Of a stretch of 64,000 nt of DNA, positions 49,101 through 61,495 are shown in pieces. This DNA comes from Podarcis liolepis (taxonomy: Eukaryota). The position numbers were made by a program, and so were the translations under genes. The notes beneath the pieces were generated by a model, which saw nothing but the letters and a program-made list of their open reading frames with translations, was not told where the DNA came from and did no database searches. How positions within the stretch are numbered: position 1 is the first letter of the stretch; each line of letters begins with the position of its first letter. The stretch is taken from NCBI GenBank assembly GCA_965112155.1, contig OZ218101.1, one strand, 5' to 3'.

Positions 49101-49659
49101 TATTTGCGTTACATTATTTGATTTTGCCTTACCGTTACCATTGGCTGCTTAATTCAACCAGAAATGTCTTGTCATTTTAAATATTAGTCATGCACATCAA
49201 CCATCAATGACTAGATGAATCAAAGGGATTAGGGTCTCACATTCCCAAGTCAGAGCTGAGCCATTAACAAGGCATGTTGAGGCACATTAGGGAATACCCA
49301 ACCCAACACACAACTTTGCTCTCTCTTCCCCCAAGAAACAAAACCAAGCTAACCAAGCTAATTGGAGAAATGTCCAGAGCTGGAAGAAGGTAGAGAAATG
49401 AGGAGAAATTGTCAGCATGGGAGAGATTTTGTTTTGATGGAGAGGTCATACTGGAAAAAGTGACAAGTGGGGTGCCACAGGGTTCTGTCCTGAGCCCATT
49501 GTTGTTCAGCATCTTTATAAATGACTTGGATGAAGGAATTGAGGGGATATTGAGGGGATATTCATCAAATTTACAGATGACACCAAACTGGGAGGGTTCT
49601 CACAGAAGACACAATCAGGATTCAATATGACCTGAAGAGATTGGAGAACTAGGCCCTAT

Positions 49660-49895
49660 ATGCCTGAAGGAGCGTCTCTGCTCACGTTGACTAGCCCAAA
49701 CACTATCTCAAAGGACCTTCTGGTGGTTTCCATTCCTGTGGAATGCCCACCCATCAGATGTCAAACTGACAAATAACTATATGACTTTTAGAAGACATTT
49801 GAAGGCAGCCCTGGACAGGGAAGTTTTAAATGGTTGGTGCTTTATTGTATTTTTAATATTTTGTTGGGAGCCAACCCAGTCAGATAATTATTATT
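49660..49895 (+). mobile_element. L2-like LINE 3' fragment nested in CR1
   Basis: ctgtggaatgcc..cccatcagatgtca...gacttttagaagaca.ttgaaggcagccctg...gttgggagcc..ccag and an (att)n tail. Confidence 0.6.
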
Positions 49896-50127
49896 TTTTT
49901 ATTATTTACAAAATGAATTTCAACAGGGACAAACATAAGGTTCTCTACTTTGGCAGGAATACCCACCTACACATATATAAGATGAAGGACACCTGGCTTA
50001 CCAGATTTAGGGGTCTTAGTAGACCACAAGCTTAACTTGAGTCAACAGTGTGCTTCAGAAGCAAAAAAAGCTCATGCTATTCTAGGCTACATCAACAGAA
50101 GTATAGAGTTCCAATCAAGGGAGTAAT

Positions 50128-51325
50128 TGTTGTTGTTGTTGTTTAGTCGTGCCTGACTCTTCGTGACCCCATGGACCAGAGCACACCAGGCACTCCTGTC
50201 TTCCACTGCCTCCCGCAGTTTGGTCAAACTCATGCTGGTAGCTTCGAGAACACTGTCCAACCATCTCGTCCTCCGTCGTCCCCTTCTCCTTGTGCCTTCC
50301 ATATTTCCCAACATCAGGGTCTTTTCCAGGGAGTCTTCTCTTCTCATGAGGTGGACAAAGTATTGGAGCCTCAGCTTCACAATCTGTCCTTCCAGTGAGC
50401 ACTCAGGGCTGATTTCCTTCAGAATGGATCAGTTTGATCTTCTTGCAGTCCATGGGAGTCTCAAGAGTCTCCTCCAGCACCATAATTCAAAAGCATCAAT
50501 TCTTTGGTGATCAGCCTTCTTTATGGTCCAGCTCTCACTTCCATACATCACTACTGGGAAAACCATAGCTTTTACTATACGGACCTTTGTTGGCAAGGTG
50601 ATGTCTCTACTTTTTAAGATGCTGTCTAGGTTTGTCATTGCTTTTCTTCCAAGAAGCAGGCATCTTTTAATTTCGTGGCTGCTGTCACCATCTACAGTGA
50701 TCATGGAGCCCAAGAAAGTAAAATCTCTCACTGCCTCCATTTTCCCCCTTCTATTTGCCAGGAGGTGATGGGACCAGAGGCCATGATCTTCGTTTTTTTG
50801 ATGTTGAGCTTCAGACCATATTTTGCGCTCTCCTCTTTCACCCTCATTAAAAGGTTCTTTAATTCCTCCTCACTTTCTGTCATCAGTGTTGTGTCATCTG
50901 CATATCTGAGGTTGTTGATATTTCTTCCGGCAATCTTAATTCCGGCTAGGGATTCATCCAGCCCAGCCTTTCGCATGATGAATTCTGCATATAAGTTAAA
51001 TAAGCAGGGAGACAATATACAGCCTTGTCGTACTCCTTTCCCAATTTTGAACCAATCAGTTGTTCCATATCCAGTTCTAACTGTAGCTTCTTGTCCCACA
51101 TAGAGATTTCTCAGGAGACAGATGAGGTGATCAGGCACTCCCATTTCTTTAAGAACTTGCCATAGTTTGCTGTGGTCGACACAGTCAAAGGCTTTTGCAT
51201 AGTCAATGAAGCAGAAGTAGATGTCTTTCTGGAACTCTCTAGCTTTCTCCATAATCCAGCGCATGTTTGCAATTTGGCCTCTGGTTCCTCTGCCTCTTCT
51301 AAATCCAGCTTGCACTTCTGGGAGT
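50128..51325 (-). mobile_element. RTE-BovB LINE, 5'-truncated, RT domain with frameshift and stop
   Basis: ORFs 50728-51315 (QAGFRRGRGT..FIDYAKAFD..GVRQGCILSP..LRYADDTTL), 50429-50740 and 50087-50380. (CAA)n tail. Perfect 13-bp TSD TCAAGGGAGTAAT (50115-50127 / 51326-51338). Confidence 0.96.
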
Positions 51326-52541
51326 TCAAGGGAGTAATAGTCCTGCTCTATTTTGCCTTGACGACCCCTCCTGGAATACCGTGTTCAGTTCTCAGCACCA
51401 CAATTTAAGAAAGATATTGACAAGTTGGAACGTTTACAAAGGAGGGCAACCAAGACGATCAAATTCTGGGAAGCAATCCTTAAGAGAAATGGTTGAGGCA
51501 TTTGGATATGTTTGGTTTCCTATAGGGGCCATCCAGGCCTAACTCATTAGTTCCTGTATCAGACACCTGTGTTTGACCTTACCATCAGCTCCAGGGGGGC
51601 TTAAACAGAAAATCCCACAGTGTTGGAGAGGAAGCCCAGTTCGCCTCACCTTTCCATAGTGAGTCCCTGTGATGCTATTGGTAGTCAAATACAGGGGTTT
51701 GCTATTAGGAACCACTGGATCTGGTCTGGAGGGCCCCTCTAAGAAACCAAACACTTTTGCAGAACCAAAATGCCCTGCAAGAGCATCACAGCTAGAGAAC
51801 CAAGCACATAGCATATGCTAAAATTGCACCACTCACTTTCTACCTGGATAGGTTGTCTGGGTTTATTCTCCCTCTTTGCTAGGGATGGATGCTAAATTGT
51901 TGGGAGTCCAGGGATTCCAGGCCATGGATGAGATTATTCTACAGAAGCATGATAACAGGAGTTTGATTTCATGGCACTGAACACCCATCTTGAAGGGAGC
52001 AGGTTATGCTCCAAGGAACCAAGCTAATTTTGTGTTGCACATAAATCTACATGTGATCTATCACATCTTTGCCCAAGTTTTCCTTCTAAGCGTCTATGGC
52101 ATCCTTAACCCTTCTGTAATTCCATTAATGCCTTGGGTTATGTGCTTTTAAAATCATCCAGCACTGAAATTCTTCCCCCTGCTAAAGAAAGTGGGATTGG
52201 ATTGTAAATGCGCCTAAACAAGCCTGTCACACAAATGACATGCTCATTTTTTACCAGATAATTTACCTCAAATGCACGAATACTCAACTATGCACCAATT
52301 AAAATACATGTTCCCTTGCACTCTGCACCTGAAGATTGTGACTTATCTTCCTAATCCAGCATGGCCCATTAAAAGCCACTTAACTTGCCAGGCTTATCGC
52401 CTTCCAATTAACAACATGTCACAATCCTCCAGAGAAATGTAACAAACTTCACTATTCTGCATGTGCTAGGTGTATCAGTGACAAATAAACATTAACCTTT
52501 TCAGGACAATGCTGTCCTGGGACTAGTCCATCTGCTATATA

Positions 52542-52711
52542 CCCGTATTTTTCGCTCTATAACACGCACCCGACCATAACACGCACGTAGTTTTTAGAGG
52601 AGGAAAACCCGTAGGCATGCCACCCGTAGGCATTCCCTCCATAACATGCACAGACATTTCCCCTTACTTTTTAGGAGGAAAAAAGTGAGTGTTATGGTGC
52701 AAAAAATACGG
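52542..52711. mobile_element. Short TcMar-Tc2-like MITE
   Basis: ccgtatttttcgctctataacac / gtgttatggtgcaaaaaatacgg with TA flanks. Confidence 0.85.
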
Positions 52712-53212
52712 TAATTATCATGGGGATTCACGACCACAACTTGATGGGAAAGAAAGCATTGGCTTGGGGGAGGGGGCAGAGGAGCCAGCCCATAGGGACT
52801 GAGGTCCCTTCACCCCCCATTAAATATTTGAGGGAGGCGGGGCCCCCGTCAGATGGTGTGTGTGCACCATATCTTGTGAATGATTATGTGGGGCGGAGCT
52901 TACCTTCCCCCCTCCATATTTTATTCAAGTTGGCACCCCTGGGCGGAGCCAAATTGTTATGCATGCAGGCTTTGTAGGCCAAACCCATGCTGCGTGCATG
53001 TCATTGCAGGCCTAGCCCTTAATGCCTCCTGGAGCTTCAACTGCATAACAAAAGACAGGGAGGATTCTAAAACGCTCCAATGAGGTTGTCGGTAGCTGGC
53101 AGGCAGCCAATCCCCTGCTGCAAAAGGGCCAGTGTTGTGATTCACTAGTTGCAACACAAGGTGACCTATCACCTATAAGCCTGGGCTGGCTTAAGGTGTC
53201 TATATACTGGGT

Positions 53213-53633
53213 CCGGGGTCGGCAACGTGTGGCCCATGGGCCAGATCCGGCCCACGAAGATGGTTTTACCGGCCCATGAGCTGCCCCTGAACTAAGCCAC
53301 CCACTCGGCGAGTTCCCTGCATGCTGCGCTAAACTGGCACAGCATGGCGCGGTGAAGGGACTCACCGAGCAATGCCAGAAATTGCGTCTGCGCATGCGCA
53401 GATACCGAAAATTGCTTCTGCGCATGCCCAGACGCCAAAAAATGCTTCTGCACAGGTGCAATTTTCGACATCTGGACATGCACAGAAGCGATTTCTGGCG
53501 CCGCGGACATGTGCAGACACAATTTCTGCATGCGCATGTGGTGAAACCTGAAAGTATACACTTCCAGGTTTGCTACATTCGTAACCCGAAAGTTACGTAT
53601 CCAGAACAGTGCGTAACTAGAGGGTCCCCTGTA
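53213..53633. mobile_element. Composite MITE: hAT-like left end, gcgcatgc repeat core, TcMar-like right end
   Basis: The left part (ggggtcggcaac..ggcccatgggcca) aligns with 56708-56981. The right end cgtaactagagggtcccctg-TA resembles the GAGGTACCACTG-TA termini. Confidence 0.6.
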
Positions 53634-54249
53634 TAGCTAATGGGCACCACTGAGCTTTGTTTTATACAAAGTGATTAGAAACCTGAATTGCATATTGAAG
53701 CTGAGAGCTCAGAGCAACTCTTGAAACCGATCATAGACAGATAGATAGATCACATGCAAGGCCAATCCTGGGGCCTATACACACCCCTAGTATTTACATA
53801 TGAGCAAGCCTATGATGATCAAACATGTTCAGACAAGTGGTATTTACACACTGTCCTCACATAGGGACATGGCTGGAGAGAGAAAGGTGCTAGCTGCTTG
53901 AAACTGCGAGAGAGTATTTACCTCCACCAGCCGTCAGAATCTGCAGAGCTGTGTCCACATGCTCCCATTTTAAAGGGAGTACTACCTTTTTATGGAAAGT
54001 AGTCATAAGGGTTGGTTTGTCAGTGGCTGTTAAAAATCCATTATGCCCATGAGTCTGAGACCATTAAAAAGCTGTCAGCAAAAAAAAACCCAGATGGCTC
54101 TATCATCATGTTAATATGTTACAATTAACCTGTGATTAGTCATTTTGCACATTAAGATCAACTCTCTCCTTCATAAAGCATTTTGAAGCACTCTCAATTT
54201 GGGCCTATATAAAGCGGGACTAACCCTTCTCTGCACCCGGCAGCCTAAT

Positions 54250-55430
54250 CTTGAAATGATTTCCCTCCAGCCATGTGACAACATTGCCCAGGCATTCTTG
54301 TTGAGAACGTCAAACTTGGTTCTAATTATAATCAACGTTTATACCCTGCCCCTTGCCTCGACAAGCAAACATTGATGGGCTATTGTAATCAACTTACATC
54401 ATTTTTGGAAAAACTGGAGACCAAATTCCCCAACATCAATCTGCTAAGTGCAAGCAATTTCAACGCAAGAGTGGGAAAGACAATTTTGAGCTTGCAAGAG
54501 AGCTGGGTTTTGAGACCAAGGGTCCCCTGCCTGAGCTTCTCTCTAGCGTGCAGGTATTCCAAAGACACCCATATAAATGAGGCCGGAGTTTGCCTTGCCA
54601 AGTTGTGTGCACGTTTTGACGGTCATCCTGAATGGTTCATTACCAGGTGATTGGCTAGGGGAGTTCACATTTGTCTCTGGGACAGGAAGTAGCATGATCA
54701 ACTACATCTTGGGCTCCTCTGCTCTGATAAACTAGGTTGAAACCTTTCAGGTGGGATACCACAGTGAGAGCGATCACCTCCCTGTGATTCTAACCATCAG
54801 CTCTTCCTTCCCCGTGCACCCTCTTCATGAACCCCCTGCCAATGGAACTGATCTGGCATGAGCCATGAACTTTGCACCAATGGCAATTATTCATCTTTGA
54901 CTCCGGCCACCAAATTTAAAAATCCTCTGCTCACATCTGCATTGCCTCTGACTCCTGAAGCAAGCAAAGATTTCCTGCTTAGAATCCCTTGCACCAGAGA
55001 CTCAACTCACAAACTTCTCCAACAGTCCCAAACTGAGATCATGTTTGTTTCCTGCTTGGCAGGGGGTTGGACTCGATGGCCCTTGTGGTCTATTCCAACT
55101 CTATGATTCTATGTAGAGCTTCTATAATTAACTCAGTAATCCCCCAAGATGCTATTGAATCATTTGAAATCCTAACAACATCTCTGAATGAGTTTCCAAA
55201 ACAACAATTCATAGTGCGAAGCCCTTTGCTGCAATCTGGTTTGATAAGGAATGCAGAGATCTCAAAACACACATCCGGAATATCTTCCAACAACACCGTA
55301 AGGAAGAGGCCACTGCCCCCCCCCCCCAGAATATATCCGATCTAAAAATGTATTACAGCATCTTATTACAAAAAAGAGATCTGAACATACCAACAAACAA
55401 TGGGAAAAGCTCCACTATGCCATAACCTCA
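54250..55430 (+). mobile_element. Degenerate LINE ORF2 fragment with APE endonuclease (RTE-X-like)
   Basis: Motifs NFNARVG, RYSKD.HIN..G, ILNG..PGD..GEFTFVS.TGSSMINYI, SESDHLPV and later WFDKECRDLK. Interrupted by a CR1 tail at about 55048-55113. Confidence 0.75.
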
Positions 55431-55691
55431 AACATTGCATTGTAGAATTCTTCTCTTCAGCAATGCCCCTTTTCAGAGCACTTCATTGCATTCCCACTCC
55501 TCCAAAGTTTTATATTTACACAGAGAATAGCAGTCAAACAATTTGAGATTTATTTTACTTTTTAAAAAGCTTATCCATTCCTTTGGGTTTTCTTAAGCAA
55601 TTAATGTGCATATTAAAAGCGTAGCCTGGCAGCAAGAACACATGAAGTTAGACAACAGATCAACAGAGCCAGACTGATACCCAGAGAGAAC

Positions 55692-56363
55692 TTGCTGCAA
55701 GACAGACCCAAAAAAGAAAATAACAGAACACCTCTAGTCATCACATACAGCTCCCAAGTTAAAACAGTACAACACATCATCAGAGATCTACAACCTCTCC
55801 TGGACAATGACAGTTCTCTTTCTCAAGCTCTGGGAGGAAGACCTTTCATTGCCTACAGACAGCCACCCAATCTTAAACAACTCCTAACCCACAATAATAC
55901 TGCAACCAGACTTAACACGGACACTGGCACCAGAGCCTGCAATAAACCCAGATGCCAACTTTGCTGCCACATACACCCGGACAACATCATTACTGGCCCC
56001 AACAACATCACACATACCATCTCGGGACTATTTAATTGCTCATCATCTAACATTGTGTATGCCATCAAACGCCAACAGTGTCCTTCAGCTCTCTATATTG
56101 GACAAACAGGCCAAACCTTACGCCAAAGAATAAACGGACATAAATCTGACATCAAGAATCACAAAACAGAGAAACCAGTAGGAGAACACTTCAATCTCCC
56201 AGGACATTCTATACAAGATTTCAAAGTAGCTGTTTTACTACAAAGGAATTTCAGAAATAGACTGGAAAGAGAAGCTGCTGAATTGCAACTCATTACCAAA
56301 CTTAAAACCATGGAGAGACATGGTCTGAACAAAGACATTGGATTCTTATCTCATTATACATGA
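55692..56363 (+). CDS. Penelope ORF C-terminus with GIY-YIG endonuclease (partial, no own ATG start)
   Basis: RTPLVITY...IAYRQPPNLKQLL...CNKPRCQLC...CSSSNIVYAI..QQCPSALYIGQTGQTLRQRINGH...VGEHFNLPGH...RLEREAAE..LI..L.T...GLN. Confidence 0.85.
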   Translation: MLQDRPKKENNRTPLVITYSSQVKTVQHIIRDLQPLLDNDSSLSQALGGRPFIAYRQPPNLKQLLTHNNTATRLNTDTGTRACNKPRCQLCCHIHPDNIITGPNNITHTISGLFNCSSSNIVYAIKRQQCPSALYIGQTGQTLRQRINGHKSDIKNHKTEKPVGEHFNLPGHSIQDFKVAVLLQRNFRNRLEREAAELQLITKLKTMERHGLNKDIGFLSHYT

Positions 56364-56543
56364 CTAAGCCATTTTTCACCTTCTCACCCCTTGCCTTTTC
56401 CTGTAAGACCTATTGCAGTCGTTAAGAGTCGTCAACAGGCTCATCTCAGCTATCTGCCAATCACCCATTCCCACCACCCTTCTGAGTAATACCCCTCCCC
56501 ACCTTCTCACTATATAGAAGGATCTGGCAACTTCTGTTTCAGT

Positions 56544-56581
56544 GTATCTGAAGAAGTGTGCATGCACACGAAAGCTCATAC
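56544..56581 (+). ncRNA. Minimal type I hammerhead ribozyme motif in the Penelope pLTR
   Basis: Stem I GUAU(56544-47)/AUAC(56578-81), CUGAAGA core (56548-54), palindromic stem II GUGUGCAUGCACAC (56556-69), GAAA-GC-UC (56570-77). Confidence 0.65.
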
Positions 56582-56707
56582 CAAGAACTAACTTAGTTGG
56601 TCTTTAAGGTGCCACTGGAAGGATTTTTTTTATTTTGACTATGGCAGACCAACACGGCTACCTATCTGTAGCAAGAACACAGTACAGGTAACATAATTCT
56701 TCTAGCC

Positions 56708-56981
56708 CAGGGGTTGGCAACCTAAGGCCCATGGGCCACAAGCGGCCCAGGGGGTCGTTTAACTGGCCCACAAGCCACCCCTGAACCAAGCCGCCTGCTC
56801 AGCGAGTCTCCACACGCTGAGCTAACCCGGCGCAGTGCGGTGTGGGGACTCGCTTCTGCAGCGCCGGAAATGGCGTCTGCACAGAGGCTGGAAATCACGG
56901 GCAGGCACACGCAATCCGGCCCACAGAGGGGTCTCTGCTGGAGTGAACTGGCCCAGGCGAGGTAAACCTTGCCAACCCCTG
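56708..56981. mobile_element. Non-autonomous hAT-Charlie MITE
   Basis: TIRs CAGGGGTTGGCAA / TTGCCAACCCCTG. Degenerate 8-bp TSD ttctagcc / atctagct with a TCTAG core. Confidence 0.85.
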
Positions 56982-58742
56982 ATCTAGCTGGTATCACCTT
57001 TGTCTAGATATTTAAATTACTGGCCTTATTGTCAAGCTTTTTGTTACCCCTCTGCAAGAAGTTTATTTTTCTCTGCTATTCTACCTGAATTACTGCAAAT
57101 CCATATAACCTGTTGAGTACTACAGTCCCCTTTGTGTATGTGAAATGACACACTGGTATTTCAGATGAGAAACAGAGCTGCTTTCTGACGTCAAATCTCT
57201 ACAATCACCAAGCAGACGGTTCTATATTTGCAAGCCTCAAAAGGTTTGGGGTTTAGATGATAAAGGGCACTGCTTTTTATAATCTATTATTAACTGCCAT
57301 GTGTGTGTCTGTATATATTACCACCAGGATTTCTCCAAAGAGAAGCAAGGCACGTTTTAGACGCAGAGTGATTAACTACTTTCCCCATCTCCACCTTTTA
57401 TATATTGTTTACAAGAATAAATTCTTTAAAATACTGCTTCCAGTATTTCCCCATCTCTCAAATATCAGAATCCTACAGAACATTTTGGTTTTAGTACAAG
57501 CAATGTTTTTAATTAAGAAATTTTTTTAGAACAAAAAGAATAGAACTCTTTGGTTGCTTTCAATAGATTCTGTTCAAATGCATTAAAATTTGGTTTTAAA
57601 TGTCTCACCTGAATGATTATTTTATAATTTATTGGGCTATCTACATGCTTTACTGCTGCTTCAGTACAACTTCTGATGGTAAATAAAACCACTATAAACA
57701 TGGGATTACACACACACACAAGCACACACAATTAGTAATGTTGTTGTTGCTGTACTTGGGGGGGGGGGGAGGTATCTCAAAAGTAGGGCCATCACATTTG
57801 AAATAAGCAAACACGCACGTGCACACATCTTTGACCACACACTACTTTTTAAAATATAAGATAAAACACATTTCATTTGGGCAATGAAAAATTAGACAGT
57901 AGCTTTATTAAACAGCCAAATCCAACCAAGTCTACTGGCTCTCCTCCAGCCTAGATACAAGGAGTGGGGTATCAATCTAAGATGGGTCACAACTGTCACC
58001 AGATTCTGCTGCAGAGCTCCCTTTCCCCTTGAAAATAAATAACTTTTCCAAATGATTTATTGAGTTAAGAATCCCTTTTCTCTCATCCTGAAGAACAATT
58101 GCAACAAGCAATATTTTCTTTTGTAAGCCTGAGCTGAGCTAAGGAGGAATCTGCATCCTTTACCCTACAACAACTCCAACACTACTTGTGATCTGTTGCT
58201 TCAGTCTTCTATCCATAACAAAAAGTGCTGATCACAAACCAGCTGTGTTGCTTTTTGTGTTAGCACTCAATCACCGTAGGAAGAAATACCTGAGAGATTA
58301 ATGAGATCTTTTTTCTTCTCATATAGCTCAGTTTATCTCATAAGATCTATTTCCTGTACTTTGATTTCAAGGAATGTCATCTCTCTGTTTCCACATTCCT
58401 CCAATTTTTCATTTTCTTTTGCTGTGCCCTCTCAGCAGTTTCTCAACATTGCCTCATTATGAGACAGAGAAATAATTGTTAACCTCATGTTTTCCCCATA
58501 GGTTCTGAAGTCTAACAGTGCAGTGAATCTGAAAACAGAAAAATACCCATTACCCAAAAAGATACGAAAAGAGAGCCATACACAGAACAAACCCAATTAT
58601 TTGGAGATTGTCTATTCTGATGGGACTTTTCTATCAGACATGGATTATGTATAGAGATCTTCTAATCTGCTTTAATCTGCTTTAACAGCAGCCCAACATC
58701 AGAGTTCATCCAAGGTGGAGCAGAGAATCAGGTGAGAAGTCT

Positions 58743-58842
58743 TAGAATCATAGAATTGTGGATTTGGAAGAACCCCAAGGCCATCTAGCCCAACCCTCTG
58801 CAATGCCAGACTCTCCACTCAAGTATCCATAACAGATGGCTA
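58743..58842 (-). mobile_element. CR1 3' tail fragment
   Basis: tagaatcatagaattgtggatttggaagaacccc...atctagcccaaccctctgcaatgc. Confidence 0.75.
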
Positions 58843-59849
58843 AATATACAGTCTTGATTGACTTATACTACAAATCTTCCAATTCACATTTTAAGCTCAA
58901 ACTGTGATTCCTCAGCCCTTCTGCAGTTTACCTCTGCAAGACAGTAGGAAATGGACTCAAGGGCTACTCTTCAAGAATGAGCATCTGGTAAGTTCAGCTG
59001 CATTGATGCATTGACCAGTTTTGGAATACTGCAGGTATCCAGTCTAGATGGTTCTGGGAAGGAGAAAATTCACTCTAAATCAATGAAGTGACTGAACAAG
59101 ATGAGCAACCATTTATTTTATTATTACATTTATATCTCATCTTATCTCCAAAGAGCTCAAGATGGCAGACATGGCTCTCTCCTCTCCATTGTACCACACA
59201 TGGTTGGTATGTTCTGTTTGGCTTGGTGGGTCACACACTGTGCAGACCCTGCCTTACCTCAGTGCCGCTGCACAAACCCCTTAAGTAGGATATTATTTTG
59301 TATTTTATTTACCACATTTTTAATCAAGGAGCTCAGGGTTGCCAAGGGTCAAATTCTGAGGTTGTGGATTCATTTTCAGGAGGAGCAGTAGGAGAGTTCA
59401 GAATCGGAACTCATAGCTGCATTCACCCCAGTAACTTGGGGATTCCTATGGTAGAAATGCATTTTATAATGATGTCAAGTTCTACCTCTCTGTATTCTGC
59501 AATTTCAGTGGTGTCCAGATGCCATTACAATGTATATCTTTTTTCCTGCATCAGTAGCTCCTGGTGGTGGGGAATTGCAAAACATAACGCCATAAGGACA
59601 TGATTATAGTGAAAGAGAGGGAGAACTCCCCCTAGGCTGCCAGCCCTCCCCACCTTCCTTCCCCCAGGCACTGGAGAATGGTGAAATATTAAACTATCAG
59701 GATAATAACGACAGGCACCTGGCATATTTATATAGAATGGCATATTAAATGAATGAAGTCACTGATTTGAGAGTGGGGCAGGGTTTGTTTGTTTGTTGTA
59801 AAATCTGCTCTTTTCAAGACCACCGTCCTCTCTCTGCAGACCAGAGAAT

Positions 59850-59927
59850 TACAGAATCATGGAATGGTAGAGTTGGGTGGGACCCCAAGGGTCATCTAGT
59901 CCAGCCCCCTGCAATGCAGGAATCTCA
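59850..59927 (-). mobile_element. CR1 3' tail fragment
   Basis: cagaatcatggaatggtagagttggg..gggaccccaagggtcatctagtccagccccctgcaatgcaggaa. Confidence 0.8.
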
Positions 59928-60986
59928 GGGAGGTGGTGGGAAAAACAGTTTCCACTTGCTTTTTTGAGATTTTTCAACTCTGGCTATTTCACACAGTTCT
60001 AGCTGGAACAATTTTGACAGTATGATTCACCTGAAGAAAAACTCCCTGCTCCTTATGATGTATTATTGAGGCTGCAACAAGCTTGATCGGTATTGCTTTC
60101 CACCTGTGCCAACCACTCCAGACATTGCCAGAAACTGGCATATATATGTGTGTGTGTGTTTTTCATTTTCCTGGCCTTCCAAGCATGTCAGGTCAAATGC
60201 TCTTTAGCTCCAAAATTGATTTCTGATATCATATGATAGAAATTCACTACCGTGTATTTTTAAGAGGACTTTAGAAAGGGAATGTGATTGGCCCTGATAG
60301 ACCTTGACACACGGAATGCTTGGAAGCAGCTATCCTTTGACCTTATCCTGCTAAATGCTTTTGTATCAGAGCAGCACTGCAATTGTACACCTATAGAATA
60401 GGTAATGAACTATCTTTCGTTGGACCAGCTGTAGCAGCTGAAATTGATTCCCCCCCCCCTTTTTTTTTTCTTTGCAAGCTGGATTCTGGGAGTCATGGCC
60501 AGCCCAAATCATAAAAAGTTTTAGTATCTGTCAAATGACCACCTTTTGTGCTTGATTGCCTGCTAAGGGTAGTTGATGTGTCTAAAATGAGACTTGATGG
60601 TTCAGAGCTATTACCAGCCAGGTCACAGCTGAGATCAGTATTCCGCCAGTATGTCTTTGGGGCAGAGAGAGAGGGAGAGAGAACAGCTTGGAACTGCAAA
60701 GCAGCCAGATCAGGGAGAAACAAGCCTGGCTATTCCAGCTGGCTGGACCGGTTTGAAGCAGATGCTGCTGGTTGAGGGGAGCTCCCTCCCTCCCTCCCCC
60801 CCCCCCGTGTGTGTGTGTGTCTGCGTGTGCATTGCACATACAAGTATCCCTAACTTTAATCCAAAGATAAATGGACCCCTGTAGGGCTGTTCCTTGAATC
60901 TCTCACTTAAAAGAGAAGGACGGACAGAAGTGGGTATGTTTAGCCAGAAATAGAAAGGGGGTTGGGGGGAGGGTGGCACACGTGTT

Positions 60987-61040
60987 AAAGGTAAAGGGAC
61001 CCCTGACCGTTAGGTCCAGTCACAGACGACTCTGGGGTTG
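60987..61040 (-). mobile_element. Sauria SINE 3' end fragment
   Basis: aaaggtaaagggacccctgaccgttaggtccagtc..agacgactctggggttg is the reverse complement of the 3' end of 41885-42242. Confidence 0.85.
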
Positions 61041-61495
61041 CATGATAGTGCTCTTCAAACACCTAAATGGCTGTCACAAAGGCTGAACACACGTTATACC
61101 CTTAAAGAACTGAAGCACATTATTTTGCTCAAATAATTCTGGGCTATGTGATTTAACCCTCACAACATTCTACTCCCAGCAACCCTTAACAAACTACAGT
61201 GCCCATAATTCTTCAAGTGGAGGATTGTGCTTTGAATGTGCTTTAAAGGTCTGCATGCAGCCAAAGACTTGCTTTCTGCTATCCCCACAGGGAATGACTC
61301 TGCCTAAGGGGCTTGAGAAGTTATGGGAGGCTAGATTTTGACTGGGCATTAGGAGAAACAACTCAACAGTAACAGCAGCTTGACAGTGGGACCACCTTCT
61401 TTATAAGGGTGATATGCTCTTCCTGACTGGAGGCCAGCTATCTGCTGGAGATGCTCTCACTCTGGGTTTCCTGCATCAGCAGAAGGTTGGACTTT
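61041..61495 (+). mobile_element. Old CR1 3' fragment containing a palindromic Harbinger-type MITE (61081-61262)
   Basis: CR1 words catgatagtgctcttcaaa...ggctgtcaca|...|aaagacttgctttctg. The insert has ggctg...cagcc ends, AAA flanks and internal dyad symmetry. Confidence 0.65.

Larger units (their letters stand above)
49430..51515 (+). mobile_element. CR1 LINE RT region split by L2-like and BovB insertions
   Basis: [28 protein letters not shown] (49409 ORF). Resumes at about 49908 (aaaatgaatttcaacagggacaaa) and again after 51326. Confidence 0.88.
55643..56669 (+). mobile_element. Penelope-like element (Poseidon-type), 5'-truncated: RT thumb, GIY-YIG endonuclease and pLTR
   Basis: Open frame from 55644 to 56363. 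12-bp TSD AGCAAGAACACA (55631-55642 / 56670-56681). Typical 3' end cagaccaacacggctac. Confidence 0.93.

Noticed and set aside
58501-58730. Possible exon (ttttccccatag acceptor, aatcag|gtgaga donor)
   Set aside because: Stops interrupt the frames I read and the product is unrecognisable. Such sites occur by chance.
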